Shown piece by piece: positions 17,366 to 25,842 of a DNA stretch of 64,000 nt. The DNA lies in assembly GCA_035656915.1 (NCBI GenBank), contig DASRRJ010000018.1:49816-113815 (forward strand). Direction: 5' to 3'. The notes under the pieces were generated by a model, which saw nothing but the letters and a program-made list of their open reading frames with translations, did no database searches and was not told where the DNA came from. The stretch is from Anaeromyxobacteraceae bacterium (GTDB lineage Bacteria > Myxococcota > Myxococcia > Myxococcales > Anaeromyxobacteraceae). A program made the translations under genes and the position numbers. The first letter of the stretch is position 1; every line of letters starts with the position of its first letter.

Positions 17366-18688
17366 CTAGTGGCGCCGGCGGCGGCGCCGTCGGTGCGACG
17401 GCGGAGCGCCCTCCGCCCCGGGCTCCTTCGGCTGAGCCGTGCTGGGTCGCCGCTCGCCGGGGGCGAGAGGGTGCGCGGACGCGGGCGCGGCCGGGAGGCG
17501 CGTGACGTAGGTGACGACCGGGCCGGTCGGCTCGCGGCGGGGGGGATGGCGCGGGGCGGTCGCGCCTCCCCGGCCGTTACCACGCGATGGGGCTGCTGGA
17601 GGTGGCGGGCGGCGCGAGGGCTGCGAAGCGGGCGCGCCGCCCCGGACCTGTTCGGGCGGCCGGGAGGGCGTGGCCGCTGGGGGCGGCGTGTGGTGCGGCG
17701 GCGGGTGCGGCTTGGTGGCCCCTCCCCGGCCCTCCCCACGCGGTGGGGAGGGAGTGACGGCGCGCTGCTGGCCACGCTGCCCGTGCTTTTCGCCGCGCGC
17801 GCGCTGCTCGCCCCTCGGCTCCTGGCGCTGACCGCGCTGTTCGCGCTGCTCGCCCCTCGGCTCCTGCCGCTGACCGCGTTGTTCGCGTTGCTCGCCCCTC
17901 GGCTCCTGCCGCTGACCGCGCCCGCCCCGATGCTGCGGCTCCGGCGCCGGCCTTCCGCTGGGCACGAAGTCGGGGGTGAGCTCGCGGCGCACGTAGGCGC
18001 GCCAGATCTCGCGGGCGTCGCCGTTGGCGGCCTGCACGGCCGGGTCGAGCGGCGCGAAGAAGCGGCGGAGGGTCTCGAGGTCGCGCTCGAAGAAGCGTTC
18101 GGCCTGGCTGTTGTGCGCCGCGCCCACCACCTGCGGGAAGTCGATGATGGTCGGGCCGTTCCAGGCCATCAGCACGTTGTAGGGCGAGAGGTCGCCGTGG
18201 ATGAGGTCGCAGGCGAGCATCCGCACCACCTGCTGGCGCAGGTCGGCGTAGTGCTCGGCGGCGCGCTCGCGCGGGAGGACGGCGTCCACGAGCCGGGGCG
18301 CGGCGTGCCCGTCGGCGTCCACCACCGCCTCCATGAGCAGCACCCCTTCGTAGAACATCACCGGCCGCGGCACGCGCACCCCGGCGGCGTGGAGTGAGTA
18401 GAGCGCCTCCGATTCCTTGGCCTTCCAGGCCTCCTCGGCGGCGCGCTGGCCGAAGCGGCTGCCGCGGACCATGGCCCGCTGGGTGCGGCTGTCGCGCACC
18501 TGCCGCCCCTCCTTGTAGGCCGCGTTGTTGTGGAAGCTTCGCGCGTGGAGGTCCTTGTAGACCTTGGCGGCCACCACCTCGCCGGCGTGCTGCACCAGCC
18601 AGATGTCGGCTTCCTTGCCGCTCTTGAGGCGCGCGACGACCGCTTCGATGACGCCGTCGGCGAGGAGTTGCTGGAGAGGATCGGACAT
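17366..18688 (-). CDS. RIO-type atypical Ser protein kinase with long low-complexity Arg/Pro/Gly/Gln C-terminal tail
   Basis: The ORF was trimmed to Met21 (ATG at 18688). It has a GKEADIWLV nucleotide-binding region, LIHGDLSPYNVLM (catalytic loop) and IIDFPQ (metal-binding DFxQ), which are hallmarks of RIO kinases. The C-terminal 190 aa contain (QEPRGEQREQRGQR)x3, encoded by a 42-bp tandem repeat. Confidence 0.75.
   Translation of the reverse strand: MSDPLQQLLADGVIEAVVARLKSGKEADIWLVQHAGEVVAAKVYKDLHARSFHNNAAYKEGRQVRDSRTQRAMVRGSRFGQRAAEEAWKAKESEALYSLHAAGVRVPRPVMFYEGVLLMEAVVDADGHAAPRLVDAVLPRERAAEHYADLRQQVVRMLACDLIHGDLSPYNVLMAWNGPTIIDFPQVVGAAHNSQAERFFERDLETLRRFFAPLDPAVQAANGDAREIWRAYVRRELTPDFVPSGRPAPEPQHRGGRGQRQEPRGEQREQRGQRQEPRGEQREQRGQRQEPRGEQRARGEKHGQRGQQRAVTPSPPRGEGRGGATKPHPPPHHTPPPAATPSRPPEQVRGGAPASQPSRRPPPPAAPSRGNGRGGATAPRHPPRREPTGPVVTYVTRLPAAPASAHPLAPGERRPSTAQPKEPGAEGAPPSHRRRRRRRH
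17803..17923. repeat. 42-bp tandem repeat, about 2.8 copies (gctgctcgcccctcggctcctg[g/c]cgctgaccgcg[c/t]tgttcgc), inside the RIO kinase 3' region
   Basis: Read directly in the sequence. Copy 2 differs from copy 1 at 2 positions and copy 3 is truncated. On the minus strand it encodes the 14-aa repeat QEPRGEQREQRGQR. Confidence 0.85.
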
Positions 18689-18841
18689 GGTCTTGGCCCG
18701 CGCGGGGGCGGGAGGCGAAGGACTAGAGGACCGCTCGGGCCGGGTCAAGGGCGCTGCGGCGCCCCTTCGCGAGCGCTCCCCGTCAGGCGGGTGGCCGATC
18801 GCGTGGCCGGGTGGGAGCTTTGGCTACAGGGAGGTGGAAAA

Positions 18842-19117
18842 ATGAAGCCGGCGGCCCTGGCCTCGCTGTTCGTCGCCTTCAACGCCGTCGACGCGGCCAC
18901 CACCGCCTGGCTGGTCGGCCACGGGGCCGTCGAGGCGAACCCGCTGATGGGCGCGGTCCTCTCGCTGGGGGTCGTCTCCTTCTTCTGCGTGAAGCTCGGA
19001 GTTGCCGTGCTGGTGGCGGCGCTCACCGCCCGCTTCGCGATCCGGGCGCTCCGCGCGCTCTGCGTGGCCTTCGCCGGGATCGTCGCCTGGCAGGCGGCGC
19101 TCTGCCTCACCCTCTAG
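18842..19117 (+). CDS. Small membrane protein, DUF5658-like
   Basis: The ATG at 18842 has a strong SD (GGGAGGTGG) 5 nt upstream. It is 91 aa with two to three TM helices. An NAVDAATTAWLVGHGAVEANPLM motif resembles the DUF5658 family signature. The upstream part of the enclosing ORF is junk. Confidence 0.65.
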   Translation: MKPAALASLFVAFNAVDAATTAWLVGHGAVEANPLMGAVLSLGVVSFFCVKLGVAVLVAALTARFAIRALRALCVAFAGIVAWQAALCLTL

Positions 19118-19127
19118 CCCCCGCCGG

Positions 19128-19790
19128 TCACGGGAGCAGCTCCAGCACCCAGGTGCGCAGCAGCGCGGTCGCCTCGATGTCGGTCGACGAGGGCACCTCG
19201 TACTCGGCGACGTCGCGGGTGCCTTCGCGCGGCGAGTAGGTCCGCCCCGGGTCGCCGGCCAGCACCGCGACGCCCTGCCGCACCAGCCCGCGGAACCAGG
19301 CCAGGCTGCGCTCGGCCAGGTCGCGTTCGTAGAACACGTCGCCGGCGACCACCAGGTCGAAGCCCTCGAGCGGAGCGCCGAGCAGGTCTTCGCCGCTGAC
19401 CTCCACCGCGAGCCCGTTCAGATCGGCGTTCAGCGGGATCACCGCCGCGCAGAACGGGTCTATGTCGACCGACACCACCCGCGCCGCGCCGGCCCGGGCG
19501 GCGGCGAAACCCACCAGGCCGCTGCCGGCCGCGAAGTCGAGGACGCGCCGCCCGCGCACCAGCTCCGGGCGATCGAGGATCCGGCGCGCCAGCGCCTGTC
19601 CACCCGCCCAGGGGAAGGCCCAGAAGGGCGTGTCGTCCCAGCCCTTCAGCTCGGCTGCGGTGGCGTGCCAGAGCGGCGTGATGTCGGAGGCGGTGTAGAG
19701 CGCCAGCTCGGGACAGAGCGGCACCTTGGTCGGCGCGGTCCGCGCGCGGACGAAGGCCTCGAGGTCGGCGCGGGAGGGGTGGGCGATCAC
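19128..19790 (-). CDS. Class I SAM-dependent methyltransferase (Methyltransf_16/protein-lysine MTase-like)
   Basis: 220 aa with a SAM-binding motif I (VLDFAAGSGLVGFAAARAGA), ARVVSVDIDP (motif II) and VVAGDVFYE (post II). Confidence 0.75.
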   Translation of the reverse strand: MIAHPSRADLEAFVRARTAPTKVPLCPELALYTASDITPLWHATAAELKGWDDTPFWAFPWAGGQALARRILDRPELVRGRRVLDFAAGSGLVGFAAARAGAARVVSVDIDPFCAAVIPLNADLNGLAVEVSGEDLLGAPLEGFDLVVAGDVFYERDLAERSLAWFRGLVRQGVAVLAGDPGRTYSPREGTRDVAEYEVPSSTDIEATALLRTWVLELLP

Positions 19791-19930
19791 GGCACATGAG
19801 GCGCCCGAAGCCGGGAAGTGTCAACCAGCCGCCGGGCCGCGGGGCGCACCTACATCGGGCGACCTCGCCTCCTCGCCCGGCGAGCCGCCGGGATGTGGAC
19901 AATCGATCTCTCCGCTGCGAGCATGCGACC

Positions 19931-20434
19931 GTGGGCTCGCTCTCTCCCAGCCACCAGTCCTTCGAGGACCGGAACCGGGCCGTGCTCGAGGACCCGCGCG
20001 CGCTGCGCGACGCCGACCTGCTCCTGTGGAAGGAGGGGCGAGACGCCCTGGCGCGCCGGGCCTTGCAGCGGCAGGGCGGCTCGACGCGCCGCCGCTCGCC
20101 CCGGGCCGAGGCGATCCTCCCCGGCTTCCTGGCCGGGCATGGCGGGGTGTTCACCGTCGACCTCGGCTTCGAGGGGATCTCCCTGCGTGTCTCCGGCGAG
20201 CACCGGCCGGGCCGCTCCGAGGTTGCCTCGGTGCGGCTCCGGGTCGGCGAGCACTCCGTCTACCTGAGCGGGCGGGTGGCCTGGCTGCAGGACGATCGGC
20301 TCGGCATCCACGTCGAGCAGGTCCACCCGGCGGACGAGCAGCTCCTGCACGCGGCGGTCTGCCGGCAGCTGCTCGAGATCCTGCGCGCCGAAGCTCCCAC
20401 CGGACCGCTGCTGGGGAGGCGAGCCGGCGACTAG
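19931..20434 (+). CDS. PilZ-domain (c-di-GMP-binding) protein, paralog 1 (GTG start)
   Basis: RRRSPR...(RxxxR) and DLGFEGISL (D/NxSxxG) PilZ motifs are present. It aligns along its whole length with the downstream paralog. The start was chosen by that alignment (VGSLSPSHQSFEDRNRAVLEDP vs MPLLPLRDQFEVKNRLLLDG). Confidence 0.7.
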   Translation: MGSLSPSHQSFEDRNRAVLEDPRALRDADLLLWKEGRDALARRALQRQGGSTRRRSPRAEAILPGFLAGHGGVFTVDLGFEGISLRVSGEHRPGRSEVASVRLRVGEHSVYLSGRVAWLQDDRLGIHVEQVHPADEQLLHAAVCRQLLEILRAEAPTGPLLGRRAGD

Positions 20435-20465
20435 ACAGCGCCGACACTTCGCCTCACAAAGAACC

Positions 20466-20942
20466 GTGCCGCTACTTCCGCTCCGCGATCAGTTCGAGGT
20501 CAAGAACCGCCTGCTCCTCGACGGCGTGCGCCAGCTCACCGCCGAGGAGCTCGCGATCTGGTCGCACGGCCGGGACTTCCTGGTGGGTCGCGTGCTGGCC
20601 CGCGAGGCCGCGGCCACGCCGGCAGCGGGCTCCACGCGCCGGCGCCACCCGCGGACCCACGTACGCGTCGCGGCGCACCTCGCCGGTCACGGCGGCGGCT
20701 TCACCGACGACCTCGGCTTCGGCGGCCTCGGGCTGCGCACCCACCGGGTCTCTCCGCTCCGCCGCGGGGACGAGGCCTCGGTGAAGCTCAAGTGGGCGGA
20801 GCGCTCCATCTTCCTGCAGGGGCAGGTGGCCTGGACCGAGGGCACGCGGCTTGGCCTCTCCATCACCCGCATCCACCCCCAGGACGAGCAGCTGCTGCAG
20901 GCCCTGGTGTGCGAGCGGCTCGGCGACGTCTGGGAAGGCTGA
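20466..20942 (+). CDS. PilZ-domain (c-di-GMP-binding) protein, paralog 2 (GTG start)
   Basis: RRRHPRTHVR (RxxxR) and DLGFGGLGLRT (DxSxGG-like) motifs are present. 158 aa. The shared C-terminal region (IHPxDEQLLxAxVCxxL) matches the upstream paralog. Confidence 0.7.
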   Translation: MPLLPLRDQFEVKNRLLLDGVRQLTAEELAIWSHGRDFLVGRVLAREAAATPAAGSTRRRHPRTHVRVAAHLAGHGGGFTDDLGFGGLGLRTHRVSPLRRGDEASVKLKWAERSIFLQGQVAWTEGTRLGLSITRIHPQDEQLLQALVCERLGDVWEG

Positions 20943-20946
20943 AGCC

Positions 20947-22005
20947 CTAGTCCGCCAGCCGGCGCCGCCGGACGGCGTCCGCGAGCAGGTCGAGCACCCG
21001 GACGCTGTCCTCCCAGCCCAGGCAACCGTCGGTGATGCTCTGGCCGTAGGTGAGCGGCTTCCCGGGCGAGAGGTCCTGCCGCCCGGCCACGAGGTGGCTC
21101 TCGATCATCACCCCGAAGATGCGCGCGTCGCCGCCGGCGATCTGCCGGGCCACGTCCTCGCAGACCGGCACCTGGTTCTCCGGCTTCTTCTGGCTGTTGG
21201 CATGGCTGGCGTCGATCATGAGCCGCTGCGCCAGCCCGGCCTTGGCGACCTCCTGGCAGGCCGCCTCGACGCTGGCGGCGTCGTAGTTGGGCAGCTTCCC
21301 GCCGCGGAGGATGACGTGGCAGTCCTCGTTGCCGCCGGTCGAGACGATGGCCGAGTGGCCGCCCTTGGTGACCGAGAGGAAGTGGTGCGGCTGCTGCGCC
21401 GCCCGGATGGCGTCGACCGCGTTGCGGACGTTGCCGTCGGTGCCGTTCTTGAACCCCACCGGGCAAGAGAGGCCGGAGGCGAGCTCGCGGTGCACCTGGC
21501 TCTCGGTGGTGCGCGCCCCGATGGCGCCCCACGACACCAGGTCGGCGATGTACTGCGGCGTGATCATGTCGAGGTACTCGCAGCCGGCCGGCACTCCCAG
21601 CTCGTCGATCTCGAGGATGAGCTGGCGGGCGATCCGCAGCCCCTCGTTGATGTCGAAGCTCCGGTCGAGCCGGGGGTCGTTGATGAGCCCCTTCCAGCCC
21701 ACGGTGGTCCGCGGCTTCTCGAAGTAGACCCGCATCACGATCTCGAGGTCCTCGGAGAGCCGCGCCCGCTCCGGCGCCAGCCTGGCCGCGTACTCCTTGG
21801 CGGCGGCGACGTCGTGGATGGAGCACGGGCCGATCACCACCACCAATCGGTCGTCCATCCCGTGCAGGACGCGGTGCACCGCCTCGCGGGCGGAGTGGAC
21901 CACGGCGCTCGCCCGCTCGGTGCAGGGGAGCTCGCGGATGAGGTGCGACGGCGGGGACAGCTCCCGGATGGCCTTGATTCGGAGGTCGTCGGTGCGGAAG
22001 GGCAT
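20947..22005 (-). CDS. aroG: 3-deoxy-7-phosphoheptulonate (DAHP) synthase, class I (AroG/AroF-type)
   Basis: The ORF was trimmed to Met81 (ATG at 22005; MPFRTDDLRIKAIRELSPP...). The KPRTTVGWKGLINDP, GARTTESQ and IDASHANS motifs are diagnostic. 352 aa. Confidence 0.9.
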   Translation of the reverse strand: MPFRTDDLRIKAIRELSPPSHLIRELPCTERASAVVHSAREAVHRVLHGMDDRLVVVIGPCSIHDVAAAKEYAARLAPERARLSEDLEIVMRVYFEKPRTTVGWKGLINDPRLDRSFDINEGLRIARQLILEIDELGVPAGCEYLDMITPQYIADLVSWGAIGARTTESQVHRELASGLSCPVGFKNGTDGNVRNAVDAIRAAQQPHHFLSVTKGGHSAIVSTGGNEDCHVILRGGKLPNYDAASVEAACQEVAKAGLAQRLMIDASHANSQKKPENQVPVCEDVARQIAGGDARIFGVMIESHLVAGRQDLSPGKPLTYGQSITDGCLGWEDSVRVLDLLADAVRRRRLAD

Positions 22006-22180
22006 GACGAGCGAGTGTACCAGACGGGCGGCGCCGGCCGGGGCGGTGCCTGCTGCGCGAGCACCTCGCTGCCCGGCTGCGGGCAGCGCGCCGCCGACGG
22101 GTGCGCGGGCGTGGAGTTCCGGGCGCGCGCGGCGATCGGCACGCCGGATGCTCTGGAGCTCTGGAGAACGGAGGCGCCCC

Positions 22181-22801
22181 TTGCTCGACACCACCCTCTG
22201 GAGGACCATCCCCGCCGCCAACCGGCCGAACCCGCCGCCGGCCACTGCGCAGCTCGCCCCAGGCGAGGGGAGCGCCCGGCTGCTGCGGCTCTCCGGCCAG
22301 CTGGCGCTCGGCTGGATGGGCCGCCTCGTGGCGGCGCTCGCGGCCCGTCGCGTGGGGGTGATCTCGGCGCACGCCCGGCAGGCCGCGCCGCGGCTGTGGG
22401 ACGCCGATTTCGAGCTCGAGCCGCTCGACCCCGCGGTCGACCTCGCCGCCCTCGACTACCTCGCCTTCGCCGCCCTGCAGCCGGCGCGGCCGCCCTGCGC
22501 CGTGCCGCGGCTCCGCTCCTATCGCCTCGAGCGAACCGACGAGGCGGTGCGGGTGGAGCTCACTGCCGCCGACCAGCTCGGCTTCCTCGATGGCATCCTG
22601 CGGGCCTTCGCCGCCTGCGGCCTCTTCCCGCGGGAGATGCTGGTCGAGACGCGCGGCGCAGAGGCGCTCGATTCGTTCGACCTCTGCGGCATCGGCGGGA
22701 GGGCGCCCCCCCAGGCGATCTGCGAGGCGCTCGACGCCCGGCTGGCGAGGCTGATCGGCTCTCCTGCCGCGCTCACCGCGCGCCCGAAGACCTCACGGTG
22801 A
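22181..22801 (+). CDS. Hypothetical protein (ACT-domain-like?); TTG start after GGAGAACGGAGG
   Basis: High GC3 begins at the TTG at 22181, which is preceded by an SD-like GGAGAACGGAGG. The protein has repeats of L..L.G.LA..GL-type motifs (RAFAACGLFPREM...) reminiscent of ACT/regulatory domains. It is divergent from aroG and converges with usp by 29 nt. Confidence 0.4.
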   Translation: MLDTTLWRTIPAANRPNPPPATAQLAPGEGSARLLRLSGQLALGWMGRLVAALAARRVGVISAHARQAAPRLWDADFELEPLDPAVDLAALDYLAFAALQPARPPCAVPRLRSYRLERTDEAVRVELTAADQLGFLDGILRAFAACGLFPREMLVETRGAEALDSFDLCGIGGRAPPQAICEALDARLARLIGSPAALTARPKTSR

Positions 22802-23228
22802 GCACCGGGCAGCCCGCCCGCCGGACCACCCGCTCCGCCGTGGAGCCGAGCAGCGCGTGCGCAAAGCCGGTGCGGCCGTGGGTCCCGACCACCACCAGGT
22901 CGCACCCGCGCTCGCGGGCCAGCTCGACGATCTCGAAGGCCGGCTCCCCGATGCCCTTCTCGATCGTGACCCGCGGGGCGCCCATGCCCTCCGCCAGGCG
23001 CTTCCACTCCTCGAGGTGGGTCTCGGCCTGATCCGCCAGGTCCTGCAGCATCCTGGGGCTCGCCACCACCGAGCCTTCGGGGAGCGTGTAGCCAGGCAGC
23101 TGGTAGGCGTGGAACAGCAGCAGCTCGCCGTCGAACTGCCTCGCGATCTCGGCCGCCGCCTTCATGGCGCCGCGCGCCGGGTCGGAGAAGTCGACGGGGC
23201 AGAGCACCTTCTTCCAGGGAAAGGTCAT
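22773..23228 (-). CDS. Universal stress protein (UspA family)
   Basis: 151 aa. It has MTFPWKKVLCPVDFSD..., LLLFHAY and the ATP-binding motif LVVVGTHGRTGFAHALLGSTAERVVRRAGCPVLTV. Confidence 0.9.
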   Translation of the reverse strand: MTFPWKKVLCPVDFSDPARGAMKAAAEIARQFDGELLLFHAYQLPGYTLPEGSVVASPRMLQDLADQAETHLEEWKRLAEGMGAPRVTIEKGIGEPAFEIVELARERGCDLVVVGTHGRTGFAHALLGSTAERVVRRAGCPVLTVRSSGAR

Positions 23229-23315
23229 GCGACCTCCTGTGAAAGAGCATAGCTCTTCGGGCAGGCGCGGGGGCTCCCAGGAGGGCCCGCTCGCGGGGAT
23301 CCCTCTCGCGCAGGC

Positions 23316-24944
23316 TCAGTGGCGGACGCCGGTCGCCTCCGGCGTCTCGCCGCCGCCGTCCGGGGTCGGCACCGGCCGGGGCTCGTCGAGCGGCAGCTCC
23401 ACCGAGAAGCTGGTGCCCTCGCCCGGGTGCACCTCGACGGCGAGCCTGCCCCCCAGCGCCTCGGCCACGTGACGCGCGATCCAGGGCCCGAGGCCGAGCC
23501 CGCCCCAGGTCCGCTCCGCCACCCCGCGGTCGAAGGGCTGATAGATGGCGGCCACCACCGCCGGCTCGAGCCCGCCGCCGCGGTCGCGGACCGCGAGCCG
23601 CACCGCCGGTCCGGCCCGCTCCACCGACACCGTGACCGGCCGCCCGCGCCCGGCGCGGAGCGCGTGCCGCACCAGGCTGGCGACGACCTGGTCGAGCCGC
23701 GATGGATCCCAGCGACCCACCAGCGAGGTCGCGGCTTCGAGGTGGAGGGAGCAGCCGGCCGCGGCCGCCTCCAGCCGGAGCCGCCGCACCACCTCCCTCG
23801 CCACCGCGCAGAGATCCACCTCGCGCGGCGAGAGCGACACCCGGCCGGTGGAGAGCCGCGCCGCCTCGAGGAGCTGGTCCACCAGCCCCTCCAGCCGGTC
23901 GAGCGCGCGCAGCGAGGCGTCGATGCGATCGCGGCGCGCCTCGCCGTCGCTCCCGCTCGGATCCCGCTCCATCATCTGCAGGCGCAGGTGAAGGGCGGCG
24001 AGCGGGGTCTTGAGCTCGTGCGACATCATGGAGAGGAAGCGGTCCTCCTTCCGCAGCGCCTCCTCGCCCAGCCGCGCCTCGGCGCGGGCCTCCCGCTCCC
24101 GTGCCAGCGTGAGGAAGCGCTCGCGCTCGGCGGCTCGCCGCCTCACCTCCGACGCCTCGACGGCTCTCATCGCGAGGAGCACCTGCACCGCCAGGAGCCC
24201 GGTGGAGAGCACCACCAGGAGCGCCGCCGACTCGACCGGCGAGATGAGGCGGTGATGCTCGAGCAGGGTGGCGAGGGCCCCGAGCCCGAGGGGCAGGAGC
24301 AGGGCGGGCAGGAGCAGCCGCCGGGTGAGGATCCCGAGCGGGCCCCGGTCGGTCAGCAGCCGGACCGCGCGGTGGTGCGGCGTCGCGAAGAGCACCCCGA
24401 GGGCGAGCGCAGCGAAGGAGAGCGCGGTCCAGGGCGACACGCCCCGCAGCACGGAGAGGCCGTAGAGCGGCCGGACCGCGTAGAGGAGCCCCACCAGCGC
24501 CACCAGCGCCAGCCCCAGCACCGTGTGGCCAAAGGCGACGGCGGCCCGCTGCGAGCGGGGCAGCGAGAGCAGCGCGCCGGCGAGGAGCGCCATGCTGGCG
24601 CCGGTCTGGGGAGCGGGCCGACCCAGCCCCGGACCGAAGCGGACGAGCCAGAAGCGCGGCACGAGGTGCTGGTCGAGCGCGGCGCCGGCTCCGAGGGCGT
24701 ACTCCCCGAGCACGAACGCCCCGCAGAGCAGGAGCAGGATCGCGCAGAGCCTCCCCGCGCGCCGGGCGCGGCGGGTGGCGGCGGAGAAGAGGCCGACGGC
24801 GCCGAGCGCGAGGCCGGCGCAGGTGAGCGGGACCATGGGCGGCAGCGACCCGCTCGAGTGCGCGAGCGCGGCGTTTCCGGTGAACCAGCCGGCGAGGGTG
24901 GTGAGCGAGAGCAGCAGCACCAGCCCCGCCGCCGCGAGCGGCAC
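23316..24944 (-). CDS. Sensor histidine kinase with polytopic N-terminal membrane domain
   Basis: The H-box MSHELKTPLAAL and the HATPase N, G1 and G2 boxes (GGLGLGPWIARHVAEALGG) are present. There are about eight TM helices. The ORF N-terminus (about 280 codons) is antisense to the ABC ATPase gene and was rejected. The start at the GTG at 24944 is approximate. Confidence 0.7.
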   Translation of the reverse strand: MPLAAAGLVLLLSLTTLAGWFTGNAALAHSSGSLPPMVPLTCAGLALGAVGLFSAATRRARRAGRLCAILLLLCGAFVLGEYALGAGAALDQHLVPRFWLVRFGPGLGRPAPQTGASMALLAGALLSLPRSQRAAVAFGHTVLGLALVALVGLLYAVRPLYGLSVLRGVSPWTALSFAALALGVLFATPHHRAVRLLTDRGPLGILTRRLLLPALLLPLGLGALATLLEHHRLISPVESAALLVVLSTGLLAVQVLLAMRAVEASEVRRRAAERERFLTLAREREARAEARLGEEALRKEDRFLSMMSHELKTPLAALHLRLQMMERDPSGSDGEARRDRIDASLRALDRLEGLVDQLLEAARLSTGRVSLSPREVDLCAVAREVVRRLRLEAAAAGCSLHLEAATSLVGRWDPSRLDQVVASLVRHALRAGRGRPVTVSVERAGPAVRLAVRDRGGGLEPAVVAAIYQPFDRGVAERTWGGLGLGPWIARHVAEALGGRLAVEVHPGEGTSFSVELPLDEPRPVPTPDGGGETPEATGVRH

Positions 24945-25140
24945 GTCAGCGGGCCAGTCCCTCCGCGGCTTTCGTCCCTCGGCCACGGGGCGAGAGAATG
25001 CCACCCTGCGCGGCCGGCGCGGCGTAGAAGGCGGCCCGCTCCCCAAGTGTCCGGCCACCCCGCCGGGGCCGCGCCTGCGCGCGGTCGCGCTCCCGCGGGG
25101 AGTTTGACAGCGCCCGGGGCCTGCCGGGAGAGTGGCGTCG

Positions 25141-25842
25141 ATGAGCCCGCCCGCACCGGTCGTCCTCCGCGCCGAGCACCTCGGCCGCGTCGCCGACGGC
25201 AGGGCGCTGGTGGACGACGTGTCGTTCGAGGTGCGCCAGGGGGATGTGCTGGCGGTGGTCGGCCCGAGCGGCGCCGGGAAGTCCTCCCTCCTGCGGCTGC
25301 TCAACCGCCTCGACGAGCCGACCGCCGGCGCCGTGTACCTCGACGGCCAGGACGCCCGCGCGCTTCCTCCTCGCGAGCTGCGGCGGCGGGTGGGCATGGT
25401 GATGCAGACCCCCGCGCTCTTCCCCGGCACGGTCGCGGAGAACCTGAGCTTCGGGCCGCGGCAGCGCGGGGCCGCGCTCGGAGACGGGGCGCTGGCGGCG
25501 CTCCTGCGCCAGGTGGGGCTCGGCGGCTTCGCCGAGCGCGGCGTGGACCGGCTCTCCGGAGGGGAGGCGCGGCGCGTCGCCATCGCCCGGGCGGTGGCCA
25601 ACGAGCCCTCCGTGCTCCTCATGGACGAGCCGACCTCGGCCCTCGACGACGTCTCCAAGCGCGAGATCGAGGCGCTGGTGGCCGAGGTGGTGCGGGCGCG
25701 TGGGCTCACCTGCGTGGTCATCACCCACGACCTCGCCCAGGCGGCGCGCGTCGCCGGGCGGGTGCTGGTGATGGAGGCGGGCCGGGTGCGCCGCATCGGG
25801 CCGGTGGAGGAGGTGCTGCGTGCTGAAGGAACTGGTTCCTGA
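25141..25842 (+). CDS. ABC transporter ATP-binding protein (FetA/YbbL-like)
   Basis: Walker A (GPSGAGKSSLL), ABC signature (LSGGEARRVAIARA), Walker B (LLMDEPTSALD) and H-loop motifs are present. The ATG at 25141 has GGAGAG 8 nt upstream. Confidence 0.9.
   Translation: MSPPAPVVLRAEHLGRVADGRALVDDVSFEVRQGDVLAVVGPSGAGKSSLLRLLNRLDEPTAGAVYLDGQDARALPPRELRRRVGMVMQTPALFPGTVAENLSFGPRQRGAALGDGALAALLRQVGLGGFAERGVDRLSGGEARRVAIARAVANEPSVLLMDEPTSALDDVSKREIEALVAEVVRARGLTCVVITHDLAQAARVAGRVLVMEAGRVRRIGPVEEVLRAEGTGS

Noticed and set aside
20687-22372. 561-aa minus ORF overlapping aroG
   Set aside because: It is in a different frame from DAHP synthase and its translation is low-complexity.
23316-25796. N-terminal 280 codons of the 826-aa histidine kinase ORF
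   Set aside because: That portion is antisense to the ABC ATPase gene and lacks protein-like composition. The HK was trimmed to a GTG near the first TM.
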